64,000 nt of DNA from a virus, in the IMG/VR virus record IMGVR_UViG_3300024348_000004. The stretch is one strand, 5' to 3'. The position numbers and the translations under genes were made by a program. Positions 59,245 through 64,000 of this stretch are shown here, piece after piece (position 1 is the first letter of the stretch; each line of letters starts with the position of its first letter). Below the pieces are notes generated by a model that saw only the letters and a list, made by a program, of their open reading frames with translations, had not been told where the DNA came from and searched no databases.

Positions 59245-59662
59245 CAATATAGACGTGACCTTTAAAGGTCAAATTGCAGAGAAGAAACGAATCTCTAAAT
59301 TTGCCCGTTCCACAATACATTACTTTATGCCACGTCTCAGACGTGAAGTTGAAATCCAAATATCATTTACTAAATCTATACCCGATGCACTAGGATATTG
59401 TCTTGGTGATAAAAACTTCATTGATATAGAAATCAGTAAAACCAACCCAATGACTGGAAAACCACAATCAATGTCACAGATGATGATGACACTTGCACAT
59501 GAACTAGTCCATGCTAAACAGTTCTTACGTGGTGATTTAACACCATCTTTGGTGAACTACAAAGGTAAGAAATACAAGTTTACACCCTATTCCCGTCAAC
59601 CTTGGGAACGTGAAGCATACAAGAAAGAAGATATGATATATGACCTGTTTTGGTTAAAATAG
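59225..59662 (+). CDS. HExxH metallopeptidase-like protein
   Basis: TLAHELVHAKQ...PWEREAY. Confidence 0.8.
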   Translation: MTKIWFDNIDVTFKGQIAEKKRISKFARSTIHYFMPRLRREVEIQISFTKSIPDALGYCLGDKNFIDIEISKTNPMTGKPQSMSQMMMTLAHELVHAKQFLRGDLTPSLVNYKGKKYKFTPYSRQPWEREAYKKEDMIYDLFWLK

Positions 59663-59664
59663 AC

Positions 59665-59694
59665 TTGACAATGGCCATATAAATCGAGTATACT
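59665..59694 (+). promoter_or_regulatory. sigma70-type promoter
   Basis: TTGACA-18-TATACT, ATG 6 nt downstream. Confidence 0.8.
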
Positions 59695-59700
59695 ATACGT

Positions 59701-60204
59701 ATGGAAAATAGAAAAGTAAAGAGAATCTTCATCGACATGGATGGAGTACTAGCGGATTTCAACACTGGAGTTGAAATATTGACAGGGAGAGAATTCCCTA
59801 ACACCGACCAAGGTCATAACGATTATGACGAAAGGAAGGAAGAGTTAACGAACAAGAGATTGTTCAGAATGTTACCACCTATGCCAGATATGTATGATTT
59901 GATAGGATATGTAAGACACACTGGATTGCCATGGGAAATCCTAACTGCAGCTGGTGTCGTCAACAGAGAGTTGGTAGTGTTCGATAAGAACGAATGGATT
60001 AAGGAACATGTGAGTCCTACAGTGGTAGTCACTTGCACTATGAGTGGTAGTCAGAAAGGTATGTTTGCAATCAAAGGAAGTGTCCTTATTGATGACAGAA
60101 AACAGAACCTTGATGCATGGGAAGCACACGGTGGTATCGGTATTCTACACACGAGTGCAGAAGACACCATCAACCAACTAAAAGAACTTAGAAAAACCGA
60201 CTAG
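59701..60204 (+). CDS. HAD-family 5'(3')-deoxyribonucleotidase
   Basis: IFIDMDGVLADF, EILTA, VLIDDR, GGIGILH. Confidence 0.9.
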   Translation: MENRKVKRIFIDMDGVLADFNTGVEILTGREFPNTDQGHNDYDERKEELTNKRLFRMLPPMPDMYDLIGYVRHTGLPWEILTAAGVVNRELVVFDKNEWIKEHVSPTVVVTCTMSGSQKGMFAIKGSVLIDDRKQNLDAWEAHGGIGILHTSAEDTINQLKELRKTD

Positions 60205-60288
60205 TTTCTAAGTCACTAAATATAAGAACAACCCAGCGGAGATTCCAAAGGGTTGTTTCTTATATCTTATATTATGGAAAGGTCAATT

Positions 60289-60516
60289 ATGTGGGAAAAA
60301 TTTAAACTATGGGTGAAGATGATTCTTTCGCCCCTCTATGAAATCACCGTATATCGACAGTCAGAACAGACTGGTCAGATGTACAAATCACAATACGTTG
60401 CACGTAAAATCTTCGTGCAGAAAGAAAAACATCTTAAGTTTAGAGACTTCGATACTAAAAAGACAGTAGAGATACGGTCAGCGGGCGGACTCGACTATAA
60501 GATAGAGGAGAAATGA
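60289..60516 (+). CDS. Hypothetical protein
   Basis: ORF upstream of spanins; ACTAAATA late promoter upstream. Confidence 0.65.
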   Translation: MWEKFKLWVKMILSPLYEITVYRQSEQTGQMYKSQYVARKIFVQKEKHLKFRDFDTKKTVEIRSAGGLDYKIEEK

Positions 60517-60517
60517 T

Positions 60518-60901
60518 ATGAATCAATTTTTCATTGGTATCATTATCGTACTCAGTCTCGGTGGTTATTATCTATATCAACAGAATGAAGTCTTGGTAAA
60601 GAATAACGCTGCTCTTGAGGTTGCGGTAAAGGAACAACAAGATGCGATTGCATCAATTAAGGAGAACTTCGAAAGACAATCACAAGCACTATCGAATCTC
60701 ACTAGACAAAACGCACAGATTGAGGCGGATAAGGCACAATACCTTTCAATCTTAAGTAAACATAACTTCGAAAAACTATCCGTTGCAAAGCCAGGGTTGA
60801 TGGAACTAAGATTCAACAAAGGTACCGAAGAAGTAATTAGGGGGATAGAAGATGATTCACAAGCAATTAGTAATCTTGAGTCTACTAGTTCTAACGACTA
60901 G
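60518..60901 (+). CDS. Inner-membrane spanin (Rz-like)
   Basis: N-terminal TM + coiled coil; AKPGL motif; overlaps a lipoprotein gene. Confidence 0.75.
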   Translation: MNQFFIGIIIVLSLGGYYLYQQNEVLVKNNAALEVAVKEQQDAIASIKENFERQSQALSNLTRQNAQIEADKAQYLSILSKHNFEKLSVAKPGLMELRFNKGTEEVIRGIEDDSQAISNLESTSSND

Positions 60902-61379
60902 TTGTTCATTACTTCCACAGAGGGAAGTGCAAATAGTATCTAAACCTGTAGAGATAGATATTATACAACCAACACTACCAAGACCACTTGAACTTGGAGT
61001 TCCTAAATGGTACGTAGTGTCAGAAGCACGTATAACAAATCCATGTAAAGGAACATTATCATTTGAACCTAAGAGATTCAATGACGAAGGTGTAGAACAA
61101 CTTAAAAGACCAAAGACATGTGATTTACTCGAAAGAGAGAATCCCGATTGGCCAGTAGGATACACATACTTAGATAGGTTCTTGGATGAGATGAAAGCAC
61201 AGAACAGTGGTGATGTGGTTTTTGTTGCATCTACAGTAGGTGATTACAAAGTCATGATACAGAACAATCAAGAGATTAAGAGATACATCAAACAACTCGG
61301 TGAAGTGATTGTAGTGTATCGTAATGTAACCATGAAAGATGGTTCACAGGGAGTAGTAGCAGAGGTGCAATCTAAGTGA
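60852..61379 (+). CDS. Outer-membrane spanin lipoprotein (Rz1-like)
   Basis: Lipobox LTTSC, Pro-rich linker, C-terminal EIKRYIKQL. Confidence 0.75.
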   Translation: MIHKQLVILSLLVLTTSCSLLPQREVQIVSKPVEIDIIQPTLPRPLELGVPKWYVVSEARITNPCKGTLSFEPKRFNDEGVEQLKRPKTCDLLERENPDWPVGYTYLDRFLDEMKAQNSGDVVFVASTVGDYKVMIQNNQEIKRYIKQLGEVIVVYRNVTMKDGSQGVVAEVQSK

Positions 61380-62155
61380 CCCATCAACCCCAAAAGGCAT
61401 CAATCTTCCCAGTCTTTCCAGTTTACATGTTGCATGGAGAATTGGAAGCAAATCATCACGAGGTAGCAGAATCGTGTAGAAGAGCAGTCGCTAAGGTCAA
61501 GAGAAGACGTAAGGGGAATACTGCAATGGATTACACCACATACTTTGATGGTGATATCCGTGAAGAAATGCAAAAAGAGTCGTGGTTTATAGACATGACA
61601 AACAAACTTAAAGACACCTACATTGATTATATAAATGCCACATACGGATGTAGAGTGGCACATTTGACAAGACATGATATACATTTCTTCTGTTGGGTCA
61701 ACGTCTACAATAAAGCACATCACCATGAAATGCATAACCATGTCAATTCATATGTGAGTGGTACTTACTATGTTAAGACGGATAGTGACTCACAACCAAT
61801 CAAATTTGTATCACCAAATGCAATGATGGATTTTGGGTTACAAACAGTTGCTAATCCACATCCACCAAAAAATTACATGCCACAAAACACGTGTATTCTT
61901 GGGAGTGGGATGCATGAATCTGAACTTATGTTTCACCCACAATGTGGTGAGTTTTTGATGTGGCCCTCAGCAATGTTCCACTCAGTACCACCCATCACAG
62001 ATTTAAATGAATTACCCGATAACTATGAGAGAATTTCTATCTCATTTAATTTAGACCACGCTAGAGAGAATTTGGAATGCAAGGAACTTGGTGACCAATT
62101 TCACTATGGCACAGTACATAAGGAGGAAGACCCATGGGACAACCGTTCTCAATAG
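61376..62155 (+). CDS. 2OG-Fe(II) oxygenase (TIGR02466-like)
   Basis: WVNVY...HNH...SGTYYV...WPSAMFHSV...ERISISFN. Confidence 0.85.
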   Translation: MTHQPQKASIFPVFPVYMLHGELEANHHEVAESCRRAVAKVKRRRKGNTAMDYTTYFDGDIREEMQKESWFIDMTNKLKDTYIDYINATYGCRVAHLTRHDIHFFCWVNVYNKAHHHEMHNHVNSYVSGTYYVKTDSDSQPIKFVSPNAMMDFGLQTVANPHPPKNYMPQNTCILGSGMHESELMFHPQCGEFLMWPSAMFHSVPPITDLNELPDNYERISISFNLDHARENLECKELGDQFHYGTVHKEEDPWDNRSQ

Positions 62156-62832
62156 ACAAGATGTTTCGTCCATCACCACAATGGAACGTTCAATACGATA
62201 AACAAAACCAAGTCATCACGATTGATGATTTTTACGAAGACCCCGATACAATCTATGATTGGTTGACAAATGCGGACTATCCTCTATGGAAATACAGTGA
62301 AGAGATAGAAACACTTAATGGTAAAGTGTACAATGATTGTAGAAACACACTAGCAATCTCACATCCAACAAGAATGTGGGAGATGAACATAGAAAGACTC
62401 AGTCAAATATGTGGTAATGTATGGTGGAAAAAAGGATACGAAACTGCACAAGCATTCGAATGGAATATATTTCAAACCATTGAGTGTTTTGATAATAAGA
62501 TGCAACACTATCCACACGTTGATTCGCCATTGACTCAATCAGATGAATCATCTACCATCAATGTGTTATGGTATATGGACAAAGAAGAAAGTGGTGGGAC
62601 TGCAATATACAATGGTGAGTGGATTACTAACGATGAGAGACACAGTCTCCTATTCCCAGTAGAAGACCAATTTGAGGTATCACACTTGATTCCTGCTAAG
62701 TTCAATAGATGTGTCATGTTCCCTGGCAATAGATTGCATGGAGCATGGATTGATGACTACACTAAATACAGTGGAGATAAATGGAGAATGAGTCAAGTAC
62801 AATTTCTTCTACCACGTAATAGTAACAGATAA
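62134..62832 (+). CDS. 2OG-Fe(II) oxygenase-like (DUF6445-like)
   Basis: IDDFYEDPD, PHVD, GGTAIY, KFNRCVMFPGNRLHG, R..QVQF. Confidence 0.8.
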   Translation: MGQPFSIDKMFRPSPQWNVQYDKQNQVITIDDFYEDPDTIYDWLTNADYPLWKYSEEIETLNGKVYNDCRNTLAISHPTRMWEMNIERLSQICGNVWWKKGYETAQAFEWNIFQTIECFDNKMQHYPHVDSPLTQSDESSTINVLWYMDKEESGGTAIYNGEWITNDERHSLLFPVEDQFEVSHLIPAKFNRCVMFPGNRLHGAWIDDYTKYSGDKWRMSQVQFLLPRNSNR

Positions 62833-62848
62833 TTTAAAGGTAAAGAAA

Positions 62849-63595
62849 ATGTCAAAAGAATTTGTAGAAGCACAAAATTTAAACTCTTCATTCCTATACA
62901 TAGGACATGGAGTTATCGACCCCGATATATGTGAGGAGTTCATCAAGATGTGGGAACTTGCAGAGTACACAGAAATCACACATCCAAATGAAAAGAACCC
63001 TAACGTAGTCGAATGTGTTAATGAGGAAGAGAACGATAGACTGAAGTATGTTGACCATATGAACAGGGATATCTATTCTATCGGTGAGAGCAATCCACAC
63101 TTCGAAATGATTGAGGAAGTGATTAGACCATTACTACCACTTACACATGATTTAGATGAAATCACATATATGAGTATTATTGGTTACCCTGCTAATACTG
63201 CTATGCCGATGCATCAAGACGATGCAGATAGTGCTGATACAGCAACACTCGTAGTACCATTGAATGACAATTTTAGAGGTGGTGATTTCGTAATTGATGA
63301 CCACCAAATCAAACCATATACTGGTAGTATGATTGTGTTCAATAATTGTGTGAATAGATTCCATGGTGTTAACCCTGTAATCATGGGTGAGAGATTCTCA
63401 TTATGTGTATGGTTCACCAATCCCGAACAAGAAGCAGAACACGGTGGAACAGAAATGCCAACAGGATATGTCAGTATGGATGAAGATTCCGATAGACTGC
63501 CTGAGACAAATGCAGACCGTATTGCTCGATTAGAGGAAGAATCTACAGAACAAGAGGGTAGAAAGAAGTTTAATAGCGTCATTATAAATGACTAA
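62849..63595 (+). CDS. 2OG-Fe(II) oxygenase
   Basis: HQD...LNDNFRGG...HGVNPVIMGERFSLCVWF. Confidence 0.88.
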   Translation: MSKEFVEAQNLNSSFLYIGHGVIDPDICEEFIKMWELAEYTEITHPNEKNPNVVECVNEEENDRLKYVDHMNRDIYSIGESNPHFEMIEEVIRPLLPLTHDLDEITYMSIIGYPANTAMPMHQDDADSADTATLVVPLNDNFRGGDFVIDDHQIKPYTGSMIVFNNCVNRFHGVNPVIMGERFSLCVWFTNPEQEAEHGGTEMPTGYVSMDEDSDRLPETNADRIARLEEESTEQEGRKKFNSVIIND

Positions 63596-63734
63596 CACGT
63601 ATCCATGTAGTGTGTGCGGAGTATCCATCAATCATGAGGATATAAAGTATCACACTATGGACACTAGACATGTGTTTTGCGGTGCAGAATGCAGTCTAAA
63701 ATATCATGAGGAGAAAAGGAATGCCACCAGTTAA
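63588..63734 (+). CDS. Small zinc-finger protein (TRASH/YHS-like, 48 aa), not in ORF track
   Basis: CSVCG...FCGAECS. Confidence 0.6.
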   Translation: MTNTYPCSVCGVSINHEDIKYHTMDTRHVFCGAECSLKYHEEKRNATS

Positions 63735-63951
63735 ATTCGGCAAATCACAAACCATCAAAGATAGGAATACAGGTAAATCTACCATCAAACACGAGTACAT
63801 GAAAAATCAGAGTACTTCAGACTTGATTGAGAAATACAACAATTCCAACACAACAGGAAGACTCAAAAATAAGATAAAGAATGAGTTAGTCCGTAGAATG
63901 GGAAGGGGCGGTAAGAAGATTGAATTCGTCCCCAAACCTGTTGCACTTTGA
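63721..63951 (+). CDS. Small basic hypothetical protein
   Basis: GAGGAG SD; K/R-rich. Confidence 0.6.
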   Translation: MPPVKFGKSQTIKDRNTGKSTIKHEYMKNQSTSDLIEKYNNSNTTGRLKNKIKNELVRRMGRGGKKIEFVPKPVAL

Positions 63952-64000
63952 TATCAAAGGAACAACTCAAACATTATAACAAATGGGGGTGGGTACATCT

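Noticed and set aside
197-63582. All minus-strand ORFs in the track
   Set aside because: They are shadows of well-supported + strand genes, with S/L/F-rich antisense composition and no motifs.
1-64000. Stop-codon reassignment or suppressor tRNA
   Set aside because: Core genes are full length in the standard code and end in TAA, TAG and TGA; none of the tRNAs has a suppressor anticodon.

Overview
A 64-kb segment of an AT-rich T4-like myophage genome, probably marine, with all genes on the + strand. The gene content resembles curli-encoding pelagimyophage-like viruses of marine Proteobacteria; the exact host cannot be determined from this window. Core genes: end of gp3, uvsY, uvsW, gp55, gp47/46, gp45/44/62, regA, gp43, uvsX, gp41, gp61 and nrdA/B/C. 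Accessory genes: a CobS/vWA pair, Def, IscU, Hsp20, a peroxiredoxin, six 2OG-Fe(II) oxygenases, a curli (CsgF/CsgG/2 curlin-like) + FecR + CHASE2 adenylate cyclase island, lysis genes, three tRNAs, and a ~12-kb late block of probable capsid-packaged proteins. The best candidate for an undescribed system is at 28.6-31.5 kb. There a Mom-like GNAT (DUF4338-like) gene, a cytidylyltransferase and a GT-B glycosyltransferase flank a tRNA-Gly with the very unusual anticodon ACC, suggesting DNA hypermodification with a dedicated Gly-tRNA donor. Other notable signals are T4 IP-type capsid-targeting leaders on enzymes, systematic leaderless promoter geometry, an SD-sequestering hairpin before a holin-like gene, a structured gp44 leader, a five-micropeptide membrane cassette, and strong GATC and HCCWGR avoidance. 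All family calls come from motif recognition by eye; no database searches were run.
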